From a phage: DNA of 64,000 bases. The notes beneath the pieces are model-generated. The model did not search any database. It was not told the origin of the DNA and worked only from the letters and a program-made list of their open reading frames with translations. Numbering within the stretch: position 1 is the stretch's first letter; each line of letters opens with the position of its first letter. Below, one piece after another: positions 19,424 to 28,933 of this stretch. A program made the translations under genes and the position numbers. The stretch lies in the sequence record PX068455.1, one strand, 5' to 3'.

Positions 19424-21169
19424 TTAACGTTGTGCAATTACTACGTCTACGATATCACCAACACCACAATACGTTAATTGCAGCAAGGTAACACTGTTAG
19501 CCTTGTTGTTAATAACAGGTGTTGCCGACAGGATAGCATACTTATCGTGCAAAGTCACGTTGTGACCTACAGCATCCTGAATTACATAGATAACCGCAGT
19601 GAATGGATAAGGTTTATCTTCCGCTGATGTCCCAGGCCACTGTCCTATTGTAAAATCCCCTTTCGCGTGAACAACATACATACTGGCCTGCCCGTTAGGT
19701 GTCCATGTCCCACTGGACGCGTCAACCTCCTCTAAATCAAAATCTACCTTTCCTGCGTGGAAAGTAGGGGCAGTAATGGTTTTACCCGCCTCAATTTCTT
19801 GAGAGGTGGTTATCTTGCCACTGGAGTTAATGCCATTACAGACAAAGTTGACATTAGAGAAGTCAGGCAACCACCCAGTCACCGTGCCGGATATTTCAAG
19901 GTTGTGAACAGAGGTGGTGCCAGTCCCTGCTGCGTTTAAACTGACATCTCCATTTACCTGCAAGTTGCGGGTAACGTTGCAGTTTTCAGAGTTTGCAGTT
20001 GTTGCAGTTAAAGTGGTTGTTGTCAGCTCGGTAATTACACCTTTGTTGGCTGTAAGCCCTTCTCCTTCAAAAGTTGCACGCTCATTGACTCTTAAGGTAT
20101 TCAGAGCTATGTTTTGGATAGAGGCCGTACCTCGAATAACTACAGACCCGCCAATCTCCAAATCGCCATTTATCAATGCATCACCAGTGCTTTCAATATA
20201 GCTAGGATAGATCATGGTGCCATCGACAGAGTATGTTATCCCTGTAACGGTACCTGTCACCTCAAGGTTCTTAACCCTGGTGGTCCCATCGACCTGCAAT
20301 GTCGGTTCGGTTGCTGCCTTCATGGCATTACCACGAATGTACACGTAGTCAAAAAAGTTATTACCCAGACCATCAAAATGCACATCGTTATTATTAGCCA
20401 CTGGTTTCCCAGAAGTTATAGTGTCAGCTATAACCCTGTGGGTGGACACTTCATGAGGTTGCAGCTCTGTACTTCTCCAGTCTGCATGCTTAGGATCGCT
20501 CCACGCAAAAGTAAGTGTAGAAGTATTTGCCGTGAGGATTAGATTCCTAAAGCGTGCAGTAGAATCTGCCCCATTAACAGGTCCATGTAAGGTAAGGGTG
20601 CCACCAACTATAGTGTTAGCGAGTTCTGTAAGACCTTTTACCACCAAAGATCCTACAGTAACTTTCATCCCCTCCATGGCTTTAAATATGCTATCAACAT
20701 AGTCAACAACAAACTCTGTGTTTGCTATGGACTCTGACTTATCGTCCATTGGAGGTGTAGGTACTCGCGGGTCACCTTCGAACCTTGGGCTGTTAAGTTT
20801 TGCGTAGTATTTTGCCATTACTGCAGAGTCGGTGTATAATCTCCAGTTTGGAGATTGTGAAGGATCTGCTGGCATTCTAACCGGGTTAGATTTTGATGCT
20901 GCTGGGGCGTACCACCACTGAGTGCCTGTATCCCCTTTAAACTCATACAACTGGTTAAAAACTGTTGTGGATGCACCATACGCCCAAGGGATTGGTGGCG
21001 TTTTAAAATAAAGGGTGTCAAGCATGGCTTTTCGTACCGTAGGGATAGTGGTCCCATCCTCTACGACAACTTCATCCACAGCGTTACCGTTGACAATCAA
21101 GTGCAAACGTTCAGAATCAACAATTACTTGATCTACCGCCTGCTCGAAGCTTGTCATGTCTTGCGCCAT
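19424..21169 (-). CDS. tail fibre protein
   Basis: 581 aa; N-terminal MAQDMTSFEQAVDQVIVDSERLHLIVNG resembles conserved baseplate-attachment domains of phage tail fibres; Thr/Gly/Asn-rich beta-type body. Confidence 0.55.
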   Translation of the reverse strand: MAQDMTSFEQAVDQVIVDSERLHLIVNGNAVDEVVVEDGTTIPTVRKAMLDTLYFKTPPIPWAYGASTTVFNQLYEFKGDTGTQWWYAPAASKSNPVRMPADPSQSPNWRLYTDSAVMAKYYAKLNSPRFEGDPRVPTPPMDDKSESIANTEFVVDYVDSIFKAMEGMKVTVGSLVVKGLTELANTIVGGTLTLHGPVNGADSTARFRNLILTANTSTLTFAWSDPKHADWRSTELQPHEVSTHRVIADTITSGKPVANNNDVHFDGLGNNFFDYVYIRGNAMKAATEPTLQVDGTTRVKNLEVTGTVTGITYSVDGTMIYPSYIESTGDALINGDLEIGGSVVIRGTASIQNIALNTLRVNERATFEGEGLTANKGVITELTTTTLTATTANSENCNVTRNLQVNGDVSLNAAGTGTTSVHNLEISGTVTGWLPDFSNVNFVCNGINSSGKITTSQEIEAGKTITAPTFHAGKVDFDLEEVDASSGTWTPNGQASMYVVHAKGDFTIGQWPGTSAEDKPYPFTAVIYVIQDAVGHNVTLHDKYAILSATPVINNKANSVTLLQLTYCGVGDIVDVVIAQR

Positions 21170-21178
21170 GATTTCTCC

Positions 21179-21445
21179 TTAAGCTTTTTGCTCTTCGTTT
21201 TTAACGTGGTCAGGGTGCTGGCAACCCCACCGGAGCGAGATGAATTTGCTAATAAGCTGGGGGCAGGCTACTGAAGGTGCATATATCCACGCATACCATT
21301 CAGGAAGCGTATCATTATACCCCATATGAATAAACACCCCAGTCATCACCGCCATGCCTATGTTCGACCATAGCTTAGATTGGGATACTTTCGTAGGGTC
21401 ATCAGATGCCGCAACCAGTCCCCATAAAAACTGAGTTAGTTTCAT
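21179..21445 (-). CDS. small membrane protein (holin-like, 2 predicted TM segments)
   Basis: 88 aa; hydrophobic stretches LWSNIGMAVMTGVFIHMG and WYAWIYAPSVACPQLI, charged C-terminus. Confidence 0.4.
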   Translation of the reverse strand: MKLTQFLWGLVAASDDPTKVSQSKLWSNIGMAVMTGVFIHMGYNDTLPEWYAWIYAPSVACPQLISKFISLRWGCQHPDHVKNEEQKA

Positions 21446-21456
21446 TTACCCTCTTT

Positions 21457-22503
21457 TTAAGCATAAGATATAGTGATCCATTGACCGTTTACAAGTTTTT
21501 GGATAGCACCTGTCCAGTAATCACCTTGATAAGGGTGTTTATAAGCGTAGTTACCAGAGCACATCACATGTCCAGGGTAGACTCTTGACTCTCTGTAGGT
21601 GGTTTTGAAACGGTTTGCTATCCTTACATCGTCAACCCCTCTACTGGGCATAGGGACAGTAAGGTTACCACTACCGTCTGCGCTGTTACCGTTTACCCTG
21701 CGGACCACGTTTCTTCCACCAACGGTTGCATATTGGCCTCTAACGGTTTCATCGTTACAATCAACTCTTCCACCTATTTGAGCGCTTCCGCAGGATTGTT
21801 GTCCGTTAACAGTGGCTCTTGGTATCGTGACCGCATTGGCATTTGCAGAGGAACTTTTTGCATCGTTGCATTCAAGATTTCCTTGGATAGCCAGTCTTGC
21901 ACGGTTGGCAGTTATAGCATTGAGCTTCATAGCCGAAAACACAGGCTGCCCACCAGAAGGTTGAAATCTCCAACGGAACCCGTCTATTTGGTGAGAAGGA
22001 TCATCAAGGTCTGTGCCGTCAGCACCACCGATGTTGTCCATAATCCAGAAATCCATCGTCGTCTTGTCTGGCGTTATGGTGGTATATATTGCCGCACTGT
22101 CTGTTGACGCAGATGCAAACTCGATTCTTTGGAGACCTAAAGTTTGAGTCTGAGTCATTATGTCTCCAGACTTGTCAACATATAGATCGTCCATTTCTTC
22201 AGGTGAGTATACATTGAGAACTTGACGTGCAGCAGCTTTGTCTGGAACGTCTGCTAGATTATTAGTGACCCTTAAGAATCTATTATCCCATCCTGGGACA
22301 ACATCTTCTGTTAAATGCTTCAACCACGCAGAAAGCATGTGAAGTTCAAAGTTAACAACTTCACATGCCATTCTTTGTGTCATATCCCAACCTTTCAATC
22401 TCTCTTCTTTTTTTGGTTGAGACTTATTCAACTCTCCCGTATTTTCAAGCACAACATCCTGATTGGCCCAAATATCAAGAGGGATAACTGGTTTAGTCAT
22501 CAC
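21457..22503 (-). CDS. tail fibre protein (paralog B)
   Basis: 348 aa; conserved ends shared with 23515..24555 (N-term PLDIWANQD..KGWD, C-term QKLVNGQWITISYA); divergent centre. Confidence 0.6.
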   Translation of the reverse strand: MMTKPVIPLDIWANQDVVLENTGELNKSQPKKEERLKGWDMTQRMACEVVNFELHMLSAWLKHLTEDVVPGWDNRFLRVTNNLADVPDKAAARQVLNVYSPEEMDDLYVDKSGDIMTQTQTLGLQRIEFASASTDSAAIYTTITPDKTTMDFWIMDNIGGADGTDLDDPSHQIDGFRWRFQPSGGQPVFSAMKLNAITANRARLAIQGNLECNDAKSSSANANAVTIPRATVNGQQSCGSAQIGGRVDCNDETVRGQYATVGGRNVVRRVNGNSADGSGNLTVPMPSRGVDDVRIANRFKTTYRESRVYPGHVMCSGNYAYKHPYQGDYWTGAIQKLVNGQWITISYA

Positions 22504-22544
22504 GTTCTCCTGAGAAAATTCCTTAGGACTATTTTAACACTTTA

Positions 22545-22580
22545 GAGAACAAAATGCAAGAACGGAGTCCTTTCCGTTCT
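22545..22580 (-). terminator. hairpin AGAACGGA...UCCGUUCU plus U-rich tract
   Basis: Perfect 8-bp inverted repeat 22559-22566 and 22573-22580, just after the stop of 22590..22904. Confidence 0.45.
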
Positions 22581-22589
22581 GACCTTTGT

Positions 22590-22904
22590 TTACCTTTTAC
22601 TATGCTCTACGAGCATGTGCAAAATCTTTTGTACATCAGCTCGGATGCCGGAGACATCTGTCCTGACATCCTGCTTAAGGTCGTTAATATCGGCCTCTAG
22701 CTTGCTTAACCGGGTCTCGATAACGGAATCAAGTCTATCTTTTGTAACCATACTGTTTTTCACTAAGATGAGGTCTTTCTCCAGTTCATCCAACCTCTGG
22801 GAAATGCCTTTCCATTTGGTGTGCCACTGGTTGAAAGCCCATACACAGATCGGGACAACGGTACCCATACAGATACCGTACAATGCCGCCAAATCCAACT
22901 CCAC
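22590..22904 (-). CDS. membrane-anchored coiled-coil protein
   Basis: 104 aa; N-terminal hydrophobic segment LAALYGICMGTVVPICVWAF then heptad-like charged helix. Confidence 0.35.
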   Translation of the reverse strand: MELDLAALYGICMGTVVPICVWAFNQWHTKWKGISQRLDELEKDLILVKNSMVTKDRLDSVIETRLSKLEADINDLKQDVRTDVSGIRADVQKILHMLVEHSKR

Positions 22905-22915
22905 AACACCTCCTC

Positions 22916-23500
22916 TTAGAGGGTAGGTCGCTCCGGGAAGAAAATGTCAGGGGCTTTAGATGTATCTATTTCAAGAAGTTTTACCCTGTACATTTTCAAA
23001 TCTCTGATGTTACGTTTCTGGTCATCAGTAAGATCATATTCAAGGTCAATCATGTCTTGATAGGCACCAATTCTAGCAGTAGCCCAAGCAAGTTCTGTCT
23101 CTATGACACCCTCTGCCTGTTGAACAAAGAATTCATTGTCTGTGACAAATTCATCACCAACTAAACGCAAAGCGTCGTGGTGAAGCATAATGTTTTCTGG
23201 TACCTCTTCTTTTTTGGCGATAACCACACGAAGACCTGGAGCAGGCCATAAGGCATCAGGTTCTTCTGTAGATGTCTTAAGAATTCCCTTCTCGTCAACA
23301 AGTAGGAAGATACAACCTGGATTTTCTTGTCGCAATGTTCGTGACTGCACATACCAATCGCCATCATCATTACGTAAAAAATACCCAGTGTATGCGGTGT
23401 AATCCTCAACCTCTTGAGGGGTCAGCTCCTTGGTTTCCTTGTTGGCGTGGTATTCGCCAGATCCCGGTTGGTAAAGTTTAAACTCTTGAAGTATTTTCAT
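22916..23500 (-). CDS. tail fibre assembly protein (Tfa-like chaperone)
   Basis: 194 aa directly downstream of a fibre gene; C-terminal YRVKLLEIDTSKAPDIFFPERP resembles the Tfa signature. Confidence 0.5.
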   Translation of the reverse strand: MKILQEFKLYQPGSGEYHANKETKELTPQEVEDYTAYTGYFLRNDDGDWYVQSRTLRQENPGCIFLLVDEKGILKTSTEEPDALWPAPGLRVVIAKKEEVPENIMLHHDALRLVGDEFVTDNEFFVQQAEGVIETELAWATARIGAYQDMIDLEYDLTDDQKRNIRDLKMYRVKLLEIDTSKAPDIFFPERPTL

Positions 23501-23514
23501 GCTAGTCCTCCGAT

Positions 23515-24555
23515 CTATGCATAATTAACAGTGATCCATTGACCGTTTACAAGTTTTTGTAAAGGTCCTGCCCAGTAAGTTGAACCACGCATCTCTTTTT
23601 TGTCACCGAAATGCCAGCCTGTGACAACGTAGCCGTTGCGGATTGGAGATTCAGAAACGCCGTCCACAAGTCTTGCACCGATTCTGATGTCTTGCACACC
23701 TGTCTGCGGGATAGTGATCGTTACATCACCGTTACCGTTAGCCGTCACTCCGTTCACAGAGCGAACCACATTTCTGTTACCGACAACACAGTGCTGGCTT
23801 CTTACAACCATACTGTCACAACTTGCACCACCATTAACATATACTGACCCAGCCGTCAATTGACTAGCCACATTGCAGTTGGTGAATGTTGCTGTATTAC
23901 TGATAGTAAGGTTATTACACCTCATGTTATCGACAACTTCAACATTGCCTACCACTTTCAACAGCGCACGGTTAGCCGTGATCGCGTTAAGGTACATCAA
24001 AGTGAACTCTGGATTAATATCCGGCTGAGTTGGCTGGAATCTCCAACGAAACGCATCTACTGTAGATGTACCGCCATCATCAAACGACCCGGTATTATCA
24101 CTTAACCCAAAGTCGAGAGTTGTCTTATCTGGGCCAATAGTCGTCTCTATCCAAGCCTTATCTGTCTCGGCAGCTTTAAAGTTGATACGTTGCAAACCCA
24201 AGGGGCCTGTCATTGTATCACCTGTAACTTTTACATACCTGGCGTCTGCCTCTTCCTTGGTAATAATCCCAAGGTTTCTACGGGCAACAGGGATGTTCAA
24301 AAGATCACTCAAGTTATTATCACGTACCAGATAACGGCCTTCTTGAGCGGGGATCTGCTCGTCAGCAATATATTTTGCCCAAGTTCCGAGCATATTGAAA
24401 ATATAGTTAAGTTCTTCACATGAGGGCTTTTGACCAAGATCCCAACCTTTTCTCCACAAATCATCAATCGGGCGTAGCCTGTTCTGTCTGTGGGTGTTAG
24501 GCAGAACCTGATCCTCCTCTGCCCAAATCTCTAATGGAAAACTAGGTTTTGACAT
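23515..24555 (-). CDS. tail fibre protein (paralog A)
   Basis: 346 aa; GDTMTGPLGL collar-like motif; paralog of 21457..22503. Confidence 0.6.
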   Translation of the reverse strand: MSKPSFPLEIWAEEDQVLPNTHRQNRLRPIDDLWRKGWDLGQKPSCEELNYIFNMLGTWAKYIADEQIPAQEGRYLVRDNNLSDLLNIPVARRNLGIITKEEADARYVKVTGDTMTGPLGLQRINFKAAETDKAWIETTIGPDKTTLDFGLSDNTGSFDDGGTSTVDAFRWRFQPTQPDINPEFTLMYLNAITANRALLKVVGNVEVVDNMRCNNLTISNTATFTNCNVASQLTAGSVYVNGGASCDSMVVRSQHCVVGNRNVVRSVNGVTANGNGDVTITIPQTGVQDIRIGARLVDGVSESPIRNGYVVTGWHFGDKKEMRGSTYWAGPLQKLVNGQWITVNYA

Positions 24556-24567
24556 TTTATCTCCTGA

Positions 24568-26640
24568 TTATGAGAAGTCTGGCGGGACAACATCTTCTAC
24601 ATACCCTTTCAGAGCAACCTGCCCCATATGAAGCACGGTAGAATCTCTAGCGGTAACAGTGATGCTGTCAGACATTACTTGCGGGTATGCCCACACATAC
24701 TGTTTTACCTCAGGGTATCTATACTCTATAGTTGCCATGTTTCCGCAAATACATCTCCATAAAAATTCTTGGTAATTCCTAGTTGGGTCATAGCCATATA
24801 CCGGAGCAAGCTCTTTACTAGGAACGAACCCTGCAAGGTATTGTATTTCAGACGGTTGCCAACCTAACCTAACGATAGGTATGTTTACAGACTCTTTTGC
24901 CTTTTCAATACCTCCCTGCATCACCCAATCGTAGCACTCGGTGCAGAAGAAATCAAGAGCACCTGCTTCCTTTTTATATTGGTCAGCAAGGTTCAGCTTT
25001 TGTGTAAGCTCGGTTTCCATAATGGTTGGGAAAAACAGCAAAGCTGTCATCTGAGCTGATGCAGCGTGTGCCTTTACTGCCTTTGAAATAGCCGCAATAC
25101 GAGCGCCAAGCTTACCACGACAAAATGCCACATACTTGTCGTAAACACCGCCAGTTTTAGGATCGTCAATAGTCCCAATATCTAATGCATACTCACCTGT
25201 CTCATCATAAAACGCCTGCTTTGTAGGGTAATCATAAATACAAGGCCTACGAGTATCGGTATTGTACCACCACCACGGTTCACCAACCTGCATAATCACT
25301 GGCAGGTTGTTTCTCATAGCGGCTGATGCAAAATTCTTAAATACTGCAGTAAGGAAATTCATACCCTCTTCAATGGTTGGAGATAGGAGGTAGCTACAAG
25401 GTGTATACCCTGTTTTAGCGTAGTTATCGTTCCAGTCTCTTTGGGTCCATTCCAACGGGCAGGCATCGCTGAAAAGCTCAAAACTTACAGATTGCATAAC
25501 GTCGAAGTTATGTCGTTTGGCATTGTACATAAAATCATCATGCCATTTATAAGCTGCAGCGTTTAGCGCTCCTGTTCTGTTTATAGACCATTGGGTTCCG
25601 GACCATGTGTAGTCATAATAATGACTCATACCAACATAATGGTTTATGGTTCCGGTATATCCCAGACGCTTGATATTGTTCAACACCCTTAAAGGAGAGA
25701 CGTTCCACATATCGTCATATGCGGTGCAGATCCCAACGTCGTGCTCTCTCACCTGAATATTATTAAGTTGCATCATTTTCCAGCCTGTGTCTGGCTGAAG
25801 CAAATCTAGGCGCAACTCACACTCTACATTTTCCGTTCTCGGGTCTGTGCTATTACTTACCCAGTCTTTAGGCATGAGTGGTATTAAAATCCTTCTCACC
25901 TGCCGAGGATCAACACCCATCATGTTGTTGTTCTGGTCCATCCCGACGCAGTCCTCGAAATCAATATGAATTTCTGCAACATTCTTATCCTCTGAGATGC
26001 TGACAGCATATTGAGCTAAAGGAACATAGATGATTGTGCCATCAACAAGGTCTACAGTCATAATCATCTTTTCAGGAGTGGAGAAGTTGCTGGCGTTGGT
26101 TATTGACATTCTGAACCAAAGTTTGGTGTTTCTCATCTCATAGTGATCATCAAACCCAATACCGAAATGGTCATACTTGTCAACTGTTTCCCAAATGCAT
26201 CCAGCCATACCCCCATATGTTCTTGACACTAAACGGTTAATACAACAGTTGTTATCTGCAACAATACAGGTACTTTCAGTCTGCTGAGTAGTTGTAACCC
26301 AATATCTTGGGTGGAACATTCTCTCCTCGACAGTATCCCAAGATATCCTGTCAAGATTCTCATCTGAAACTATTGTACATTTCGCCCTTTGTGTCCCGAT
26401 CATCACCCCTTGAGATTTTGATGAAAACTCCATAAAGAAGCTTCTTGGCAACCTGTTGGGTAATTTGTCAACAATTTCCACCGGAATCTCAATACTGGTT
26501 GCCCCGACTGGGATAGTTACATCGCCCTCAACATGATCATAATCCCTACCAGGAACGGCAGTATCCTGAACTGTGCGGTAATGAAACTGCGCAGCCATTG
26601 TAGAGTAATCACGGTAAGGTTTAAAAACAGCTGTTGCCAT
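24568..26640 (-). CDS. virion structural protein, tail-fibre associated (function unknown)
   Basis: 690-aa ORF in the fibre cluster; no confident domain. Confidence 0.4.
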   Translation of the reverse strand: MATAVFKPYRDYSTMAAQFHYRTVQDTAVPGRDYDHVEGDVTIPVGATSIEIPVEIVDKLPNRLPRSFFMEFSSKSQGVMIGTQRAKCTIVSDENLDRISWDTVEERMFHPRYWVTTTQQTESTCIVADNNCCINRLVSRTYGGMAGCIWETVDKYDHFGIGFDDHYEMRNTKLWFRMSITNASNFSTPEKMIMTVDLVDGTIIYVPLAQYAVSISEDKNVAEIHIDFEDCVGMDQNNNMMGVDPRQVRRILIPLMPKDWVSNSTDPRTENVECELRLDLLQPDTGWKMMQLNNIQVREHDVGICTAYDDMWNVSPLRVLNNIKRLGYTGTINHYVGMSHYYDYTWSGTQWSINRTGALNAAAYKWHDDFMYNAKRHNFDVMQSVSFELFSDACPLEWTQRDWNDNYAKTGYTPCSYLLSPTIEEGMNFLTAVFKNFASAAMRNNLPVIMQVGEPWWWYNTDTRRPCIYDYPTKQAFYDETGEYALDIGTIDDPKTGGVYDKYVAFCRGKLGARIAAISKAVKAHAASAQMTALLFFPTIMETELTQKLNLADQYKKEAGALDFFCTECYDWVMQGGIEKAKESVNIPIVRLGWQPSEIQYLAGFVPSKELAPVYGYDPTRNYQEFLWRCICGNMATIEYRYPEVKQYVWAYPQVMSDSITVTARDSTVLHMGQVALKGYVEDVVPPDFS

Positions 26641-27326
26641 TAACCCTCCTGTCTAGTTGCGTTTACTGTAATACTTTCACAATAAATGGTTGTGGTGTCC
26701 CAATCAGGTCTTACGTCAGGAACATACAGCAAAGTAGCCAGCCCACCAACTCCGAATTGGTTTTCTTCCCACACTGATCCGAAGCCAAGAGCTGTATGGT
26801 CCCCTTCAAAACCAAAAGCTTGCCCTTGCGATTCTGTAAGACGCAAATGACAAGGCAATGGTAGCATGTCTAAGATCTGATCGATAGACTGCAATATGTC
26901 AAAGCAAGTTTTTCTAATATTTATGTCAAATCTGAAGTTGTCTCCTTTCCACGTATCGAAATTGTCCCTTCCGAACAATTGTCGCAAGGTGGAGATGACA
27001 TCTTCGCGAGTCCCACCCCTTGATGCTGCGGCCTGCTGAATAATCAGCGTGGCACGAAAATCAGCATCTGAAAGTCCATTCCTAAGAATACCAAGTTGAT
27101 TACCAACTTCGTCAAGGTATCTTCCGCTAGCATTGTTAAGCAATCTTCCTTCAGCCAAACCTACCAGCATCTTATCAACATCCTCCAACCTTTTAAGGTA
27201 CACGGTTAAGAATGTGACCAAATTAACCTTCTCAGCCAGAAAATCTCCAGGCAGGTAGTCAAGACCTCCCTGAACAAAATCTGGCAGAGTGTGGATGTGG
27301 TTAACATCCGACTTAATCTCTGCCAT
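26640..27326 (-). CDS. putative baseplate wedge protein (gpI-position)
   Basis: 228 aa immediately downstream of the baseplate-J-like gene. Confidence 0.35.
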   Translation of the reverse strand: MAEIKSDVNHIHTLPDFVQGGLDYLPGDFLAEKVNLVTFLTVYLKRLEDVDKMLVGLAEGRLLNNASGRYLDEVGNQLGILRNGLSDADFRATLIIQQAAASRGGTREDVISTLRQLFGRDNFDTWKGDNFRFDINIRKTCFDILQSIDQILDMLPLPCHLRLTESQGQAFGFEGDHTALGFGSVWEENQFGVGGLATLLYVPDVRPDWDTTTIYCESITVNATRQEG

Positions 27327-27337
27327 ATCTCGCCGCC

Positions 27338-28828
27338 TTAAATAGTTTGTTGGAAAGTTATATTACTTTCGTCGAGGTCAAACACCTCGGTCATGTTCGC
27401 AACAATATCGTTTGTAGTGTAAGCTTCATCAGAAGCTCCTACTGGTTTAACTTGAATTACCAGTCTATTAAATCTGCCTATTGACACAGCAGCAGATGCA
27501 GCACCGACCAATTGGATATTATACAACGTATCTGCAACATCCAGTCCGTTAACAACCTGTAAAAGAGCCTCTACAATGGCATCTTTTTCGGTTGTGGAAA
27601 GCGCAGCACCAGAGTAGGTAATTCTTACATCCAGGCGGTAGGTATTTGCCTTGGAGTAATAAATTCTTTCAGTTTGACCGTCAGATGTAGTGACATCGTA
27701 GAAAATATTACCATAAGTCCTGTTCGTACAGGCTATAGTTTGGTAAAGTGCTTGGCAAATGTCCTCCGTTGCACCACCAAACACAACCACTTGGAACTTG
27801 TAAGGAGGTATACCTTTAGCATCAGTTTTATCGGTGTTGTTGGAGAACACTCTCACTTTCTCAACACCTTTCACCTCGCTTACAGCGCTAAGGATTGCAG
27901 GACGGGTAGCCTTAGATGTTAACTGTTTTGTGCTGGAAGCTCTTAAGCGATACTCTGAGTCTTTCTCAACATCTCTGCCCTCATTGAATCTTTCTCGGTT
28001 GGTAAGTTTGATAAATCCACTAGGGGTAGGTGACATTGTTGTCACGGTTTCTGCCTCTCTTGACAGCTCACCAGCCTCGTTAGCGATAACATCCAGGGTG
28101 ATAGTTCTTTCTCCTACAATCGGGGATACTCTGAAATCTACCCTGCTATTAAGTCCAACTTGATCAAGATTCGAATTGTACCCTATCCACAACGTTCCTG
28201 TCAACATATCGATCTGAATCAAATCGTCGTTCAACAGGGTTGTATTATCGACAATGAACTGCTTAATCTCTCCGTAAAAGCTTGGCAGATCAGAGGAGTC
28301 CAGAGCCTTATCTGTTAAAACCAGACTTTTTGTTTTGATACTTCCGTCTGTCTGGTTGGTAATTTGAAAGTTGTATTTCCCAATTCTTAGGTCTGGAGCG
28401 TTTATTCTGTGAGCAATAAGATTTCCAGCCACCTGCACATCGTTGCTAAGAACAAAGTTGCCACTGTCCAGCGTATAAGTTTTGGAATCATAAATCATAT
28501 TGTACGGCACAGTTGTGTTGATTGTCAACTGGCAGGTACCTGATGATTTAGAACGGCCTCTTCGGTAAATACCCTGCCTTCCAAGAAGCTCATCCAGGTA
28601 AATACCTTCTGCCCCATACAGCGTCTGTGATGCGTATACAGATGCTGCCATAAGAATAAGTTGATATTCTCGCTCGTTGAAAATAGTGGTCAGCTTATCT
28701 GCAACTGAGTTACTCTGTACGTTGAAGTTTTCGCCAAAAGCACGGATCAGGCTTTGCTTAGTTTCAACGATTAGGTCATTTAGGGTTGGTATAACGAAAC
28801 CAGCCTCTGTCAATCCATACTTAGCCAC
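27338..28828 (-). CDS. baseplate J-like protein
   Basis: 496 aa; N-terminal LTEAGFVIPTLNDLIVE...AFGENF and later ASQTLYGAEGIYLDELLG fit the Baseplate_J family pattern; GTG start with GGAGG RBS. Confidence 0.55.
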   Translation of the reverse strand: MAKYGLTEAGFVIPTLNDLIVETKQSLIRAFGENFNVQSNSVADKLTTIFNEREYQLILMAASVYASQTLYGAEGIYLDELLGRQGIYRRGRSKSSGTCQLTINTTVPYNMIYDSKTYTLDSGNFVLSNDVQVAGNLIAHRINAPDLRIGKYNFQITNQTDGSIKTKSLVLTDKALDSSDLPSFYGEIKQFIVDNTTLLNDDLIQIDMLTGTLWIGYNSNLDQVGLNSRVDFRVSPIVGERTITLDVIANEAGELSREAETVTTMSPTPSGFIKLTNRERFNEGRDVEKDSEYRLRASSTKQLTSKATRPAILSAVSEVKGVEKVRVFSNNTDKTDAKGIPPYKFQVVVFGGATEDICQALYQTIACTNRTYGNIFYDVTTSDGQTERIYYSKANTYRLDVRITYSGAALSTTEKDAIVEALLQVVNGLDVADTLYNIQLVGAASAAVSIGRFNRLVIQVKPVGASDEAYTTNDIVANMTEVFDLDESNITFQQTI

Positions 28829-28861
28829 GTCACTCCTCCGGTATGAAAATCTCTACAAGGT

Positions 28862-28890
28862 ATTTTACCAAATTTTGTAACAATAGTCAA
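28862..28890 (-). promoter_or_regulatory. sigma70-like promoter (TTGACT-17-TAAAAT)
   Basis: -35 at 28885-28890, -10 at 28862-28867 (minus sense); just downstream of terminator 28901-28924. Confidence 0.5.
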
Positions 28891-28900
28891 TCTGAGCATA

Positions 28901-28924
28901 AAAATAAACCCCGCCGAAGCGGGG
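28901..28924 (-). terminator. intrinsic terminator CCCCGC-UUCG-GCGGGG plus UUUAUUUU
   Basis: Same stem-loop as 2886-2901; follows stop of 28934..32773. Confidence 0.65.
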
Positions 28925-28933
28925 CTTTAAAGG

